Source: Candidatus Wolfebacteria bacterium
GTDB lineage: Bacteria; Patescibacteriota; Minisyncoccia; Phycocordibacterales; EsbW-18
NCBI GenBank assembly: GCA_022616195.1
Contig: JAKEFG010000015.1
Span: 9,354 to 73,353, forward strand
DNA length: 64,000 nt
Reading direction: 5' to 3'
Of this stretch, positions 48,152 through 58,149 are shown one piece after another. A program made the translations under genes and the position numbers. Under the pieces are notes generated by a model. It was not told the DNA's origin. It searched no databases and worked only from the letters and a program-made list of their open reading frames with translations. Numbering within the stretch: position 1 is the first letter of the stretch; the number at the start of each line of letters is the position of its first letter.

Positions 48152-49240
48152 ATGGGAAAGGGGCAAAAAAGGATTTTCGTTGCCATGAGCGGAGGGGTTG
48201 ATTCTTCAGTTGCGGCAGCTTTGCTCAAAGAATCCGGGCATGAGGTAACCGGAGTGTTCATCAAGGGCTGGTATCCGGAGTGGCTCCCGTGCAATTGGCG
48301 CGAAGAGCGCCGTGACGCGATGCGGGTTGCAACACGGCTCAGCATCCCGTTTGAGACGTTTGACTGCGAGGACGCGTACAAAAAGAATGTTGCCGATTAC
48401 ATGATTGCCGAATACCAAACAGGGCGGACGCCTAATCCCGATGTTGTATGCAACAAAACCATCAAGTTCGGCGCATTTTTCGACGAAGCCCTGCGGTGCG
48501 GTGCCAACATGATTGCCACAGGGCATTATGCCCGACTTCGTCAGGCAAAATCAAAAAATAAAAATCAAAAAGTAAAAATCGAACTGTTGACTGGGGTGGA
48601 CGAGAACAAAGACCAGAGTTATTTTCTCTGGGCGCTCTCACAGAAGGTTCTGGGACGGACGTTTTTCCCGGTGGGTGATTACACGAAGCCGGAGGTGCGG
48701 ACAATTGCAAGACGGTTCGGACTTCCAACTGCGGAGAAGAAAGAAAGCCAGGGGCTTTGTTTCCTTGGTCATGTGGATGTGCACGAGTTTCTCGGTCACT
48801 ATACAACGATTGTACAGGGTGATGTTCTGGATACATCGGGCCGCGTTATTGGGAAGCACAAAGGAGCGATTGTGTACACACTTGGACAACGCCACGGATT
48901 TACGATTACTTCGCAGCGTTCCGACGAAGGCAAGCATTACGTTGTGGCGAAGGACATGAGGCGCAACACAATAACCGTATCGGAACGTTTACAGGAAGAA
49001 CACGCGGTTTCCGAGGTAGCGCTTGCGGAAGCGAACTGGATTGGCGCGGAGCCGCGCGTGGGCATGTCGTATATGGCGCGCTTTCGGTACCGGCAGAAGC
49101 TCCAAAGGTGCACGATTATCGAGGCGGCTGCCGCAGGTGCGCGCATTCGTTTTGACACGGTACAGACGGCAGTGTCGCCCGGTCAATCATTGGTACTTTA
49201 TGACGGCGAGGTGTGCCTTGGCGGCGGGGTCATTGTCTAG
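48152..49240 (+). CDS. mnmA: tRNA-specific 2-thiouridylase
   Basis: PP-loop SGGVDSS, catalytic Cys pattern, C-terminal barrel; contains a low-complexity KSKNKNQKVK insert. Confidence 0.92.
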   Translation: MGKGQKRIFVAMSGGVDSSVAAALLKESGHEVTGVFIKGWYPEWLPCNWREERRDAMRVATRLSIPFETFDCEDAYKKNVADYMIAEYQTGRTPNPDVVCNKTIKFGAFFDEALRCGANMIATGHYARLRQAKSKNKNQKVKIELLTGVDENKDQSYFLWALSQKVLGRTFFPVGDYTKPEVRTIARRFGLPTAEKKESQGLCFLGHVDVHEFLGHYTTIVQGDVLDTSGRVIGKHKGAIVYTLGQRHGFTITSQRSDEGKHYVVAKDMRRNTITVSERLQEEHAVSEVALAEANWIGAEPRVGMSYMARFRYRQKLQRCTIIEAAAAGARIRFDTVQTAVSPGQSLVLYDGEVCLGGGVIV

Positions 49241-49331
49241 TGAGTAGTGTGTAGCGGAGACGTTTGTTTTTTGCTATACTACACACTACTTACTACCTGC
49301 CTGCGCAGGCTGGTTTACCACACACTAAAAC

Positions 49332-49793
49332 ATGACCGTGAAACAGATCATCATTCTTATTATTGTCGTCATTCTGCTCGGTCTTGTTGTGTGGGGCGGA
49401 TTTGTCTTTGTCGACAGAAACTCGCTGGTTACTGATGAGTTTACAGCTCCGACAACGACGGACCGCAATCTTGACGGCGACGACACGCGGCAGGAAAAAC
49501 TCACCATCACGCACGAGTACTCGGGGGGCGTACATCACTATGCCGGGGTGGTGACGGTACCCACGCCATGCCACGCGCTCACCACTGATGCCACGGTTGC
49601 CGAATCGTTCCCGGAGCAAATCCGCATAGTGCTGACAACCACGGCTCCGGCACCGGACACTGTCTGCATACAGGTGCTTGACCAGGAATCGTTTGAAGTG
49701 ACGGCGCGGGCAAGTGCGGGCGCGCTCCTCGTCGGCGTGACGCTTGACGGCATTTCGCTACCGTTTGAGATTTTTGAGGAAGCGAAGGGATAA
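49332..49793 (+). CDS. hypothetical N-terminally anchored protein
   Basis: 153 aa, one TM then a Thr-rich extracytoplasmic domain. Confidence 0.55.
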   Translation: MTVKQIIILIIVVILLGLVVWGGFVFVDRNSLVTDEFTAPTTTDRNLDGDDTRQEKLTITHEYSGGVHHYAGVVTVPTPCHALTTDATVAESFPEQIRIVLTTTAPAPDTVCIQVLDQESFEVTARASAGALLVGVTLDGISLPFEIFEEAKG

Positions 49794-49804
49794 CGATACG
49801 CACA

Positions 49805-50644
49805 ATGGTACTTGTCACTAAGGCAAACGGAGAGGAGGAGCTGTTTCAACCCGATAAGTTAAGGCGTTCGCTTGAACGTGCCGGTGCCCACGCGGAAACG
49901 GTTGCGCGAATCGTGACGCGCGTTGAAGGCGAACTGCGCGACGGCATGACTACGGCGGAAATTTACCGACACGCCTTTGAGCTGCTCAAACGTGAAGAAG
50001 ATAAACCTATTGCCGCGCGGTACTCACTCCGGCGCGCCATCATGGAACTTGGCCCCTCGGGGTTTCCGTTTGAGTCGTTTCTTGCTGAGCTGTTCCGTCA
50101 AGAGGGATACCGCGCCACGACGAACGTGTATCTCTCTGGAAAATGCACCGAACATGAGATTGATGTGCTTGCGGAAAATGACGCGAGGGTTGTTGCGGTA
50201 GAAGCGAAATTTCACAACGAATCAGGATACAAGACCGACCTGAAGGGTGTACTCTATGTCAACGCGCGTGCGGGAGACCTTAAAGAAACACATTTTGACG
50301 GCAAGGAGACTTCCGGCAAGGAGGGGGCGGTGTGGCTTATCACCAATACGAAGTTTACCCACAACGCGATTCGCTACGCAGAATGTGCAGGGCTTACTAT
50401 TATCGGGTGGACCTATCCACACCACGGCAACCTGCACGACCTCATAGACGCGTCGGGACTGCACCCAGTTTCCTGTCTCACGACGCTCTCCCAGGCACAG
50501 AAAAATCTCCTGCTTGAGCGGCGTATCGTGCTCTGCCGATTTCTCATGGAGCATCCGGAGACTCTTCAAGAAATCGGGCTCTCCGCCGCCAAAACCGACA
50601 CCGTTATTCAAGAAGCCCGCGGGTTGTGCGCTCCTCGAAGGTGA
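49805..50644 (+). CDS. ATP-cone domain fused to a restriction-endonuclease-like (Mrr/PD-(D/E)XK) domain
   Basis: N-terminal VTKANGEEELFQPDKLRRSLERAG..ETVARIV..DGMTTAEIY (ATP-cone); then IDVLAENDARVVAVEAKF (D..ExK). Confidence 0.7.
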   Translation: MVLVTKANGEEELFQPDKLRRSLERAGAHAETVARIVTRVEGELRDGMTTAEIYRHAFELLKREEDKPIAARYSLRRAIMELGPSGFPFESFLAELFRQEGYRATTNVYLSGKCTEHEIDVLAENDARVVAVEAKFHNESGYKTDLKGVLYVNARAGDLKETHFDGKETSGKEGAVWLITNTKFTHNAIRYAECAGLTIIGWTYPHHGNLHDLIDASGLHPVSCLTTLSQAQKNLLLERRIVLCRFLMEHPETLQEIGLSAAKTDTVIQEARGLCAPRR

Positions 50645-50658
50645 GGTAGAATCAGGGT

Positions 50659-51312
50659 ATGAACAACAAACACCGGGGAGAGCGGACATCGTCCAACAAT
50701 CAGCCGTATCGGGACAACAACCGGAACAATGTGTCGGCGCCAACACTCTTTCCGAAACCGAATATGCAAAACGGATCATCGCGCGCCACGTGGCGTATAG
50801 TCATTGGAACACTTATTGGTCTCATAGTCGGGTTTGTTGCCGGAGCGCTCATATTCCGAGGTGTCACATCCGTGACCGATACGACGGACACAGACAACAT
50901 AGATGGGGATGGAAACGAAGCCTCGGGGAGTGTGGTTGTGACACCACAGACAGGTGGGGATGCCGATCCAAGCGGGAGAGTCATTCTTCCGGAGAGCGGG
51001 GCGACCAGTGCGGATGTGGTGCTCGTTAAGGACCAACCTGCGGGGGAATCGGTATTTCTTTCCCGTGTGGGGCTTTCGGTGCCGGGTTGGGTAGCTATTC
51101 AGGAAGACAGTGACGGAGAGCCGGGCAACATTCTCGGTGCTCAGCGTTTTGACGCCGGGGTATACCAAGGGACGGTAAAATTGCTACGTCAGACGGAGGT
51201 GGGGGAGCGGTACCATGCAACGCTGTGGCGGGACAACGGCGACAAACTCTTCAATTTTGAAACGGACACATTACTCACGAGTGCAGAGACGATGATGTTT
51301 GAAGTGTACTAA
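50659..51312 (+). CDS. hypothetical membrane-anchored protein (disordered N-term, one TM, beta-rich C-domain)
   Basis: 217-aa ORF, TM WRIVIGTLIGLIVGFVAGALIF. Confidence 0.55.
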   Translation: MNNKHRGERTSSNNQPYRDNNRNNVSAPTLFPKPNMQNGSSRATWRIVIGTLIGLIVGFVAGALIFRGVTSVTDTTDTDNIDGDGNEASGSVVVTPQTGGDADPSGRVILPESGATSADVVLVKDQPAGESVFLSRVGLSVPGWVAIQEDSDGEPGNILGAQRFDAGVYQGTVKLLRQTEVGERYHATLWRDNGDKLFNFETDTLLTSAETMMFEVY

Positions 51313-51317
51313 GGTCA

Positions 51318-51608
51318 GTGAATAGTTTGTCGTCGGTGATGAGTAGCGTGGCAGGAAATATGCAGAAACTGAATGTACAAGGAATCGGCGTGGCGCTCGG
51401 CATCACGTGGGCGCTCGGGTGCTTACTCATCGGACTCTCGGCGCTTGCGTTTGGCTACGGTGCAGAATTTGTTGCGGCGGTCGGTACGTTTTATATCGGC
51501 TACGCGCCGACACTTCTCGGCGTACTCATCGGCACGGTCTGGGGATTTGTGGATGCGTATATCGGCGGTGTCATTTTTGTGTGGCTGTATAATAAATTTA
51601 CGAAATAA
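51318..51608 (+). CDS. small 3-TM membrane protein (hypothetical)
   Basis: ORF-track start is GTG 51318; in-frame ATG at 51339. Confidence 0.5.
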   Translation: MNSLSSVMSSVAGNMQKLNVQGIGVALGITWALGCLLIGLSALAFGYGAEFVAAVGTFYIGYAPTLLGVLIGTVWGFVDAYIGGVIFVWLYNKFTK

Positions 51609-52073
51609 ATGGAGGCTCTCGGCACATTTGATATATCCGTAGTTGTACAGTTTCTTATCGCGCTTCTCTTGGGCGCGCTCTTGGGGACGGAGCGGACGCT
51701 TGCCCACAAGAAAGCGGGCATGCGTACCTACGGGCTGGTGTCTATGGGCTCGTGCCTTTTTGTAGTGACCTCGCTTATTTTCTTTGTAACGTTTGGCGCG
51801 GCGGCAATGCCGGAGCTGATGCGGGTGATTGCGGGTATCATCACCGGAGTCGGGTTTCTTGGGACCGGAGTAATTATCTTTAAGGACACGGAGCTTACCG
51901 GTGGGCTCACGACCGCGGCGGGACTCTGGGTTGCCGCTGGCATCGGCGTTGCGGTGGGGTTCAAACTCTATGCCGTCGCGGCGCTTGCAACGGTACTCAC
52001 ACTTCTCACCTTCACTATCTTTTGGTATTTGGAAAATCGGGTGAAGGACATTACGAACGGGCACGAGGGCTAG
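51609..52073 (+). CDS. MgtC/SapB-family membrane protein
   Basis: LGALLGTERTLAHKKAGMRTYGLVSMGSCLF motif. Confidence 0.85.
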   Translation: MEALGTFDISVVVQFLIALLLGALLGTERTLAHKKAGMRTYGLVSMGSCLFVVTSLIFFVTFGAAAMPELMRVIAGIITGVGFLGTGVIIFKDTELTGGLTTAAGLWVAAGIGVAVGFKLYAVAALATVLTLLTFTIFWYLENRVKDITNGHEG

Positions 52074-52075
52074 GA

Positions 52076-52108
52076 AAGATTTGCCATAGGCAATCTTTGA
52101 TTTTTTCT
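52076..52108 (+). terminator. intrinsic terminator aaagatttgcc-ata-ggcaatcttt + TTTTTTCTC
   Basis: 10-bp stem and T6 immediately after the MgtC stop. Confidence 0.6.
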
Positions 52109-52178
52109 CTTCTACCTGCTATATTGGAACCTGGAGTTAGGCGGTCTTTCCACACAACCAACTTCTATGGAGGCAGGT

Positions 52179-52649
52179 ATGCGAGTACTCAAACTGCACC
52201 CGGCCTCTAGAGAGGCGCTCAGGATTCTGCGCCGGCAGGAGGGGGGTATTTCGACCATACATCTTCACACCGCGCTTCTGCGGAGGAGATTCATCCCTCT
52301 CCATTTCATACAGCAGCGCAGTCTGCTAGAGAGGGCAGATTTCATTAGAGTCAAGGCTGCTCAAATCTCTGACAGAGATGTCGATGGTGGTCGCGGTGAC
52401 GTAGGCACCGCGCGTGACGAACGGGAGGTGCTCTTTCCCGGAGGGCGGCTTCTGCAGCTGTCGGGGGAAGTACCCAGGGGGCTCCGACTGCCGCCGGGAA
52501 CATCGGAGCCGCTCCTTCCGCTCGAGCCACCTAAGGGAGCAAGAGTCCGCTCTTCTCGCGAGGCGCTTCGACCGGTAGCGGTACGGGGGAGGCGGCCGCG
52601 GGGAATAGCGAAGCTTCTCCGCGAGTTGGAAGCAAAAAAAGGGGAGTGA
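52179..52649 (+). CDS. questionable Arg-rich hypothetical ORF within a G+C-rich segment, bracketed by a TGcTATATT -10 (52117-52125), a GGAGG site and a downstream terminator-like hairpin (~52659-52700)
   Basis: 156-aa ORF, very basic, no recognisable domain; could instead be non-coding. Confidence 0.3.
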   Translation: MRVLKLHPASREALRILRRQEGGISTIHLHTALLRRRFIPLHFIQQRSLLERADFIRVKAAQISDRDVDGGRGDVGTARDEREVLFPGGRLLQLSGEVPRGLRLPPGTSEPLLPLEPPKGARVRSSREALRPVAVRGRRPRGIAKLLRELEAKKGE

Positions 52650-52719
52650 CGCGTGAACGGTCGCCGGCAGTTCTACTGCATTTCGGCGACCCTCTTTTTC
52701 TTTGTGCTATACTGGCGCG

Positions 52720-53571
52720 ATGGCTGACTACGGTTACTACAAACGCACCAGGGGGCTTTTTGACCCTCTTCGGCATGGCTTAGGTCACGCGTTGCCCAAG
52801 GAGCCCTTCAGACTCTCACGCTCAAAAATTGACCTTTTTTGGGAGTGCCCGCGCTGTTTTTATCTTGATAGGCGGCTTGGCGTGCCGCGCCCGTCACTGC
52901 CCGGCTTTACCCTGAACATTGCCGTTGACCACTTGCTGAAAAAAGAGTTTGATACGCATCGGGCGAAGGGGGACCCGCACCCCTTGATGACCGAGTACAA
53001 GATTGACGCGGTGCCGTTCGCGCACAAAAAACTGGACGTCTGGCGCAACAATTTCAAGGGGGTTGAGCGTTTGCACACGCCGACCAATTTTCTGGTCTTC
53101 GGCGCTATTGACGATGTGTGGGTCAATCCAAAAGGAGAGCTCCACGTTGTTGATTATAAAGCCACCAGCAAGGCGGAGAAACCGGACCTTGAGGGATTCT
53201 GGCAGCAGGTATACAAGCGGCAGATGGAAGTGTACCAGTGGCTCATGCGCGGCAACGGTTTTGAGGTGTCTGACACGGGCTACTTTGTGTATGTCAACGG
53301 GCGCAAGGACGCAGAGGCGTTTGACGGTAAGCTTGAGTTTGACGTGGACATCATTCCGTACACAGGCGACGACGGTTGGGTGGAGCGAACACTTCTAGAT
53401 GCTCAAAAAGCACTTGAGGCGGATGTGATTCCGGAGGCAGGCCAACACTGCGAGTACTGTCCGTATCGACAGTATGCGGGTGAATCAATCAGGGAGACAC
53501 TCGCTGTCCATACGAGAGGAGAAAAACAACATAAACAAAAAAAGGGGGGACAGAAAGAAACACCATTTTGA
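52720..53571 (+). CDS. Cas4-like PD-(D/E)XK nuclease with four-cysteine cluster (DUF83/AddB-type)
   Basis: N-terminal FWECPRCFYLDRRLGV, central DDVWVNPKGELHVVDYKATS (D..DYK), C-terminal CEYCPY; ATG 6 nt after TGcTATACT. Confidence 0.75.
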   Translation: MADYGYYKRTRGLFDPLRHGLGHALPKEPFRLSRSKIDLFWECPRCFYLDRRLGVPRPSLPGFTLNIAVDHLLKKEFDTHRAKGDPHPLMTEYKIDAVPFAHKKLDVWRNNFKGVERLHTPTNFLVFGAIDDVWVNPKGELHVVDYKATSKAEKPDLEGFWQQVYKRQMEVYQWLMRGNGFEVSDTGYFVYVNGRKDAEAFDGKLEFDVDIIPYTGDDGWVERTLLDAQKALEADVIPEAGQHCEYCPYRQYAGESIRETLAVHTRGEKQHKQKKGGQKETPF

Positions 53572-53576
53572 GTATT

Positions 53577-53837
53577 ATGAAGAATCAAAACTTTAAAGAA
53601 AGGGTGTTGAAGGTCGTGGCGCGGATTAAGCGAGGGAAGGTTCTCACATACAAACAAGTGGCGACGCGTGCTGGGAACCCGAGGGCGGCGCGCGTAGTGG
53701 GGAATATTATGAAGCAAAACTATGACCCGAAGATACCGTGCCACCGGGTGATACGGAGTGATGGGGCTATGGGTGGCTACAACCGCGGTGGTGCAACCAA
53801 GAAACGGGCGCTTCTTAAAAAAGAAGGTGCGGCTTAA
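53577..53837 (+). CDS. MGMT-family (O6-alkylguanine-DNA alkyltransferase DNA-binding/active-site domain) protein
   Basis: LTYKQVATRAGNPRAARVVGNIM..IPCHRVIRSDGAMGGY (PCHRV active-site motif); ORF-track start 53568 is TTG. Confidence 0.8.
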   Translation: MKNQNFKERVLKVVARIKRGKVLTYKQVATRAGNPRAARVVGNIMKQNYDPKIPCHRVIRSDGAMGGYNRGGATKKRALLKKEGAA

Positions 53838-53842
53838 GAACA

Positions 53843-54385
53843 CTGGACACGGAGGTTAAGCAGGCAACACTTTTTATTCTCTGTGGTGAGGCGTTCTCTG
53901 GGAAATCAACGCTTGCCAAACGCGCTGCGGAACGTTACAATGCCGAGGTAATCGGTCGGGACAGAATCTATTTTGCACTTGACGATATTCTCGTTCTTGA
54001 GGATACGCCGGAGGATGACGATGATGCACTGTGGAACAATCTCTGGCCGATAGCCGTGCAGGGTGCTCGAAACCAGCTCTTGCTTGGTAAATCGGTAGTG
54101 TTTGATGATAACTGTCTTCACCTACACCAACGGGACGAGCTTCGTGCTGTTGCAGAAAAAAGTGATGCAAAGAGCGTACTTATCTACCTTGATATACCAG
54201 ATAAGGTTCTCAAAGAACGGAAAGAGAAGAATAAGATAACCAAAGAACGACATGATGTACCGTCTGCATGGCTTAAAGAAGATGAGAAGGTATTTGAGCG
54301 CCCGACTGCTACAGAACGTCCGATTATTTATACTCCAGATACCGACCTAGAGGGATGGTTTAAGAAAATAGATGAGATTTTCTAA
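53843..54385 (+). CDS. P-loop NTPase, AAA_33/polynucleotide-kinase-like; start codon uncertain (no in-frame ATG/GTG/TTG before the Walker A)
   Basis: frame open from 53819; LFILCGEAFSGKSTLAK Walker A; GGAGG at ~53851-53855; possible CTG 53843 or ATT 53876 start. Confidence 0.55.
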   Translation: MDTEVKQATLFILCGEAFSGKSTLAKRAAERYNAEVIGRDRIYFALDDILVLEDTPEDDDDALWNNLWPIAVQGARNQLLLGKSVVFDDNCLHLHQRDELRAVAEKSDAKSVLIYLDIPDKVLKERKEKNKITKERHDVPSAWLKEDEKVFERPTATERPIIYTPDTDLEGWFKKIDEIF

Positions 54386-54476
54386 TACACCCGCGGACAC
54401 CCAGGGTTATTTTAACCACAGTGTTATTTGCTATACTGTTTTATGCGGCTAGTGCCTAGTCGCTAGACGTTACATC

Positions 54477-55100
54477 ATGGTCATTCAATACCACGGATTG
54501 GAGTCGTTCAAAGTACAATTCGGCGACACCACGCTTGCGTTTAACCCTGTTTCTAAAAAGTCCGCGCACAGGTCAACGAGTTTTGGCGCCGACATCGCGC
54601 TCGTGTCGCTTAATCATCCGGACATGAACGGCGTGGAAACCGCCGCACGCGGCGACAAGAACCCGTTTGTCGTTTCCGGACCCGGTGAGTATGAGATCAG
54701 TGGCGTCGCCGTGCGCGGCCTCCCGTCGACGTCACACTACGGCGGCAGTAATGGTATCAATACGATATACCTCGTGACCCTTGAAGGAATGTATCTCTGC
54801 TTTCTTGGGACACTCGGCGAGGGGGAGCTTCCGAGCGCTATTCAAGAAGAACTCGATGAGATTGATATTCTCTTCATCCCGGTCGGCGGCAGTGGGGTCC
54901 TTGATGCAAAGGCGGCGCATAAGCTCTCCACCAAACTGGAGCCACACATTGTTGTTCCGATGCACTATACCGACACTTCGCTCAAGCAGTTTCTGAGAGA
55001 AGAAGGAGAAAGCAACGGCACTCCGGTTGACAAACTGACGCTCAAACAAAAAGACCTCGTTGGAAAAGAGGGAGAAATTATTGTTCTTAAGACACTGTAG
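54477..55100 (+). CDS. MBL-fold metal-dependent hydrolase (UPF0173-like)
   Basis: HxHxD-like LNHPDMNG, further His/Asp ligands. Confidence 0.8.
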   Translation: MVIQYHGLESFKVQFGDTTLAFNPVSKKSAHRSTSFGADIALVSLNHPDMNGVETAARGDKNPFVVSGPGEYEISGVAVRGLPSTSHYGGSNGINTIYLVTLEGMYLCFLGTLGEGELPSAIQEELDEIDILFIPVGGSGVLDAKAAHKLSTKLEPHIVVPMHYTDTSLKQFLREEGESNGTPVDKLTLKQKDLVGKEGEIIVLKTL

Positions 55101-55504
55101 TGTTTGAGTTCATACACAAATTGCAGAACAGGCCGGAATCGACCCGTCGACATTTTGCTTTTGTTGCCTCGCTTCTGATAACGCTTGCTATCGTGGGCGT
55201 GTGGCTCACAACGATTCCAAGCCGTACCTCATTGGAACGACGTGTCCGCGTGGAAAATACCGACGTGACCCCACTTCGCTCGCTTACTGATAGTTTCTCT
55301 GGGCTGTTCTCAAACGTGCCAGAGCACGTGAAAAACTTCACCGGTATGTTTACACAACCCGCACCCGTGGCAACCAGTACGGGCGCAGGCCTCGCGAAGC
55401 CGCCTGCGGGGTTGCCGGGACAAAATGACTCAAGTACTACTACGGATACACAGGACACGGCGACGCTCGTGGAACCGGATTTACCAAGAGAAACAGGCAA
55501 CTAA
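55100..55504 (+). CDS. hypothetical membrane-anchored protein; GTG start overlaps the upstream stop (taGTG)
   Basis: 134 aa, one TM, Thr/Pro-rich tail. Confidence 0.5.
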   Translation: MFEFIHKLQNRPESTRRHFAFVASLLITLAIVGVWLTTIPSRTSLERRVRVENTDVTPLRSLTDSFSGLFSNVPEHVKNFTGMFTQPAPVATSTGAGLAKPPAGLPGQNDSSTTTDTQDTATLVEPDLPRETGN

Positions 55505-55595
55505 TCATATGTGAGAATCCACCCGTAATCCCCATGCTTCGGGCTGTTTTTGACTGGAAACAATCCCTAAAATGTGCTATACTTAATACACGAAT

Positions 55596-58070
55596 ATGGC
55601 TACGAATAAGGACAAAATCACTACACACGAGGAGGACGCGCGAGGGAAAACCGGGAATGTTGTCGTTCGTAGCGTCTCGGCGGAAATGAAGGAGTCGTAT
55701 CTTGACTATGCGATGTCGGTTATCACCGCGCGCGCTCTTCCGGATGTTCGGGATGGACTCAAGCCCGTGCACCGGCGCGTGCTCTATGCGATGCATGGCA
55801 TGCGGCTTACTGCCTCCGCAAAGACCCGCAAGTCGGCGGCGGTGGTGGGTGAGGTGCTCGGTAAGTACCACCCACATGGTGATATCGCGGTGTATGATTC
55901 GCTCACCAAGCTCGCGCAGGATTTTTCCACGCGCTATCCGCTCATTGTCGGGCAAGGAAACTTTGGTTCCATTGATGGAGACAATCCTGCAGCGATGCGC
56001 TACACCGAAGTAAAAATGAGTAAAATTGCCGGCGAGCTCCTCCGCGACATTGAGAAGGAGACGGTTGACTGGCGCCCCAACTATGACGGCACGCATCAAG
56101 AGCCAATCGTGCTTCCTGCAGCAGTACCAAATTTGCTCTTGAACGGTACGCTGGGTATTGCAGTTGGTATGGCGACTAACATTCCGCCGCATAACCTCCG
56201 TGAGGTCGCGAATGCCACAATACACCTCGTTGAACATCCCGACGCAACAACGGAAGATTTGCTCTCGCATATCACTGGGCCCGATTTTCCAACGGGGGGT
56301 ATTGCCTACAACAAGAAAGACATCCAGCATGTGTATGCGAATGGCAAGGGCGGCGTCGTGGTGCGCGGCCGTGCCGAGGTGACCGAAGACGCAAAAGGGA
56401 ACGCACAGATTGTTATTTCCTCTATTCCGTTTCGGGTCAATAAATCAGATCTTGTGGTGAAAATCGCCGACTTGGCGCGCGAAAAGAAGATTGACGGCAT
56501 CAAAGATCTTCGCGACGAGTCAACCAGCGAAGTCCGAATTGTCATTGAGCTGAAGGGGAATGCGCATCCGCAAAAGGTGCTGAACTATCTCTACAAACAC
56601 ACACAACTTGAGGACACATTCCACTACAACATGGTGGCACTTGTCGACGGCGTGCCGCAGACGCTATCGCTCAAGGGTATTCTTGAGGAATTTGCAGTGC
56701 ATCGCGCTGAAGTAGTTCGTCGACGGACTCGCTTTGATCTCACCAAGGCTGAAGACCGCGGGCACATTCTCTTAGGGCTTAAGAAAGCTCTTGATCATAT
56801 TGATGCCATCATTGCACTTATCAAAAAAGCAAAGGACGTGCCCACAGCACATCGGGGACTTATGGCTGGATTTGCACTCTCCGAACGCCAGGCCACTGCA
56901 ATTCTTGAAATGAAGCTGCAGAAACTTGCTGGGCTGGAACGCAAAAAAGTTGAAGATGAGCTGGCTGAGGTGCAAAAACTCATTGCCGAGCTGTCGGATA
57001 TCTTGAAAAGCCCGAAGAAAATTCTCAAGATAATTACCGACGAACTGCACCGTGTTGCCGAAGAATACGGCGACGACCGTCGGACTACCATTGTCACCGG
57101 CGGTGTGCAGGAGCTTTTTACTGAAGATCTCATTCCTGACGAAGAGAGTATGTTGGTTCTGACGGCGGGGGGGTATCTCAAACGTACCAATCCAGGCGAG
57201 TATCGCAGGCAGCGTCGAGGTGGAGTGGGAGTTGTTGACATCAGTACTAAGGAAGAGGACTTCGTAACCACATTTCTTACTGCAAGTACGCACAGTGATC
57301 TGCTGTTTTTTACGGATCGTGGAAAGGTGTATCAGATAAAAATGTACGATATTCCAGAAGGCAAGCGGGCGACGCGCGGCAAGTCAGTCATGAATTTCCT
57401 GTCGCTCTCGAGTGACGAACGAGTTACCTCAGTACTCGCACAGCCTAAGGAGGTAAAAGGAAATGGGGGATCACTCATGATGGTTACCAAGCATGGTGTT
57501 ATCAAGAAGGTAACCGCGGCGGCGTTTACAGATGTGCGTCGGAGCGGTCTCATTGCCCTCACGCTAAGGGGTGACGATCAGCTTGTGTCGGCTGGTTTTG
57601 TAAAGCGTGACGATCACGTTGTTGTTACCACAAAACAGGGAAAGGCAATTCGGTTTAAGGAGTCAGACACCCGAACCATGGGCCGAGCCGCGTCAGGCGT
57701 GCGTGCAATCAAACTCACCAAGGGCGACGAGGTGGTTTCGGCTGACGTTCTCTCGTTAGGGGGCAACAAGCCGGAGCTTCTTGTGGTCATGGCAAAGGGA
57801 TATGGAAAGAAAACCCCGCTCAAGGAATACAAGGTGCAGAAACGCGGCGGCGCTGGTATCAAGGCAGCAAATGTGACTAACAAAACCGGAGAGCTTGTTT
57901 CGGTGCGGATAGTTGCTGCGGATGACAGCGAGATTGTCGCAATGTCCAAACACAGTCAAGTAGTGCGCACGGGGCTCAAGGAAATACCCTCTCTCGGGCG
58001 CGCGACGCAGGGTGTGCGCATTATGAAACTGCGCGACGGAGACAGCATCGCATCGGTGACCTGTGTGTAG
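55596..58070 (+). CDS. gyrA: DNA gyrase subunit A
   Basis: active-site region AAMRYTE, QRDR-like segment, C-terminal beta-pinwheel repeats; ATG 12 nt after TGcTATACT. Confidence 0.97.
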   Translation: MATNKDKITTHEEDARGKTGNVVVRSVSAEMKESYLDYAMSVITARALPDVRDGLKPVHRRVLYAMHGMRLTASAKTRKSAAVVGEVLGKYHPHGDIAVYDSLTKLAQDFSTRYPLIVGQGNFGSIDGDNPAAMRYTEVKMSKIAGELLRDIEKETVDWRPNYDGTHQEPIVLPAAVPNLLLNGTLGIAVGMATNIPPHNLREVANATIHLVEHPDATTEDLLSHITGPDFPTGGIAYNKKDIQHVYANGKGGVVVRGRAEVTEDAKGNAQIVISSIPFRVNKSDLVVKIADLAREKKIDGIKDLRDESTSEVRIVIELKGNAHPQKVLNYLYKHTQLEDTFHYNMVALVDGVPQTLSLKGILEEFAVHRAEVVRRRTRFDLTKAEDRGHILLGLKKALDHIDAIIALIKKAKDVPTAHRGLMAGFALSERQATAILEMKLQKLAGLERKKVEDELAEVQKLIAELSDILKSPKKILKIITDELHRVAEEYGDDRRTTIVTGGVQELFTEDLIPDEESMLVLTAGGYLKRTNPGEYRRQRRGGVGVVDISTKEEDFVTTFLTASTHSDLLFFTDRGKVYQIKMYDIPEGKRATRGKSVMNFLSLSSDERVTSVLAQPKEVKGNGGSLMMVTKHGVIKKVTAAAFTDVRRSGLIALTLRGDDQLVSAGFVKRDDHVVVTTKQGKAIRFKESDTRTMGRAASGVRAIKLTKGDEVVSADVLSLGGNKPELLVVMAKGYGKKTPLKEYKVQKRGGAGIKAANVTNKTGELVSVRIVAADDSEIVAMSKHSQVVRTGLKEIPSLGRATQGVRIMKLRDGDSIASVTCV

Positions 58071-58149
58071 TTCTCTCAATTGTAGGCGCGGCTTGGTTGC
58101 AATATTATGCACTTCGTAATTTACAATCTGTACTTCATAATTCAAGCCG

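Noticed and set aside
52100-52700. RNase P RNA, tmRNA or SRP RNA in the G+C-rich segment after mgtC
   Set aside because: Hallmark sequences (GGAAAGUCCGG and ACAGAA..GGCUUA for RNase P; the tRNA-like 3' end and tag ORF for tmRNA; the SRP domain IV GNAR motif) were not found by eye. Left as an uncertain ORF or ncRNA.
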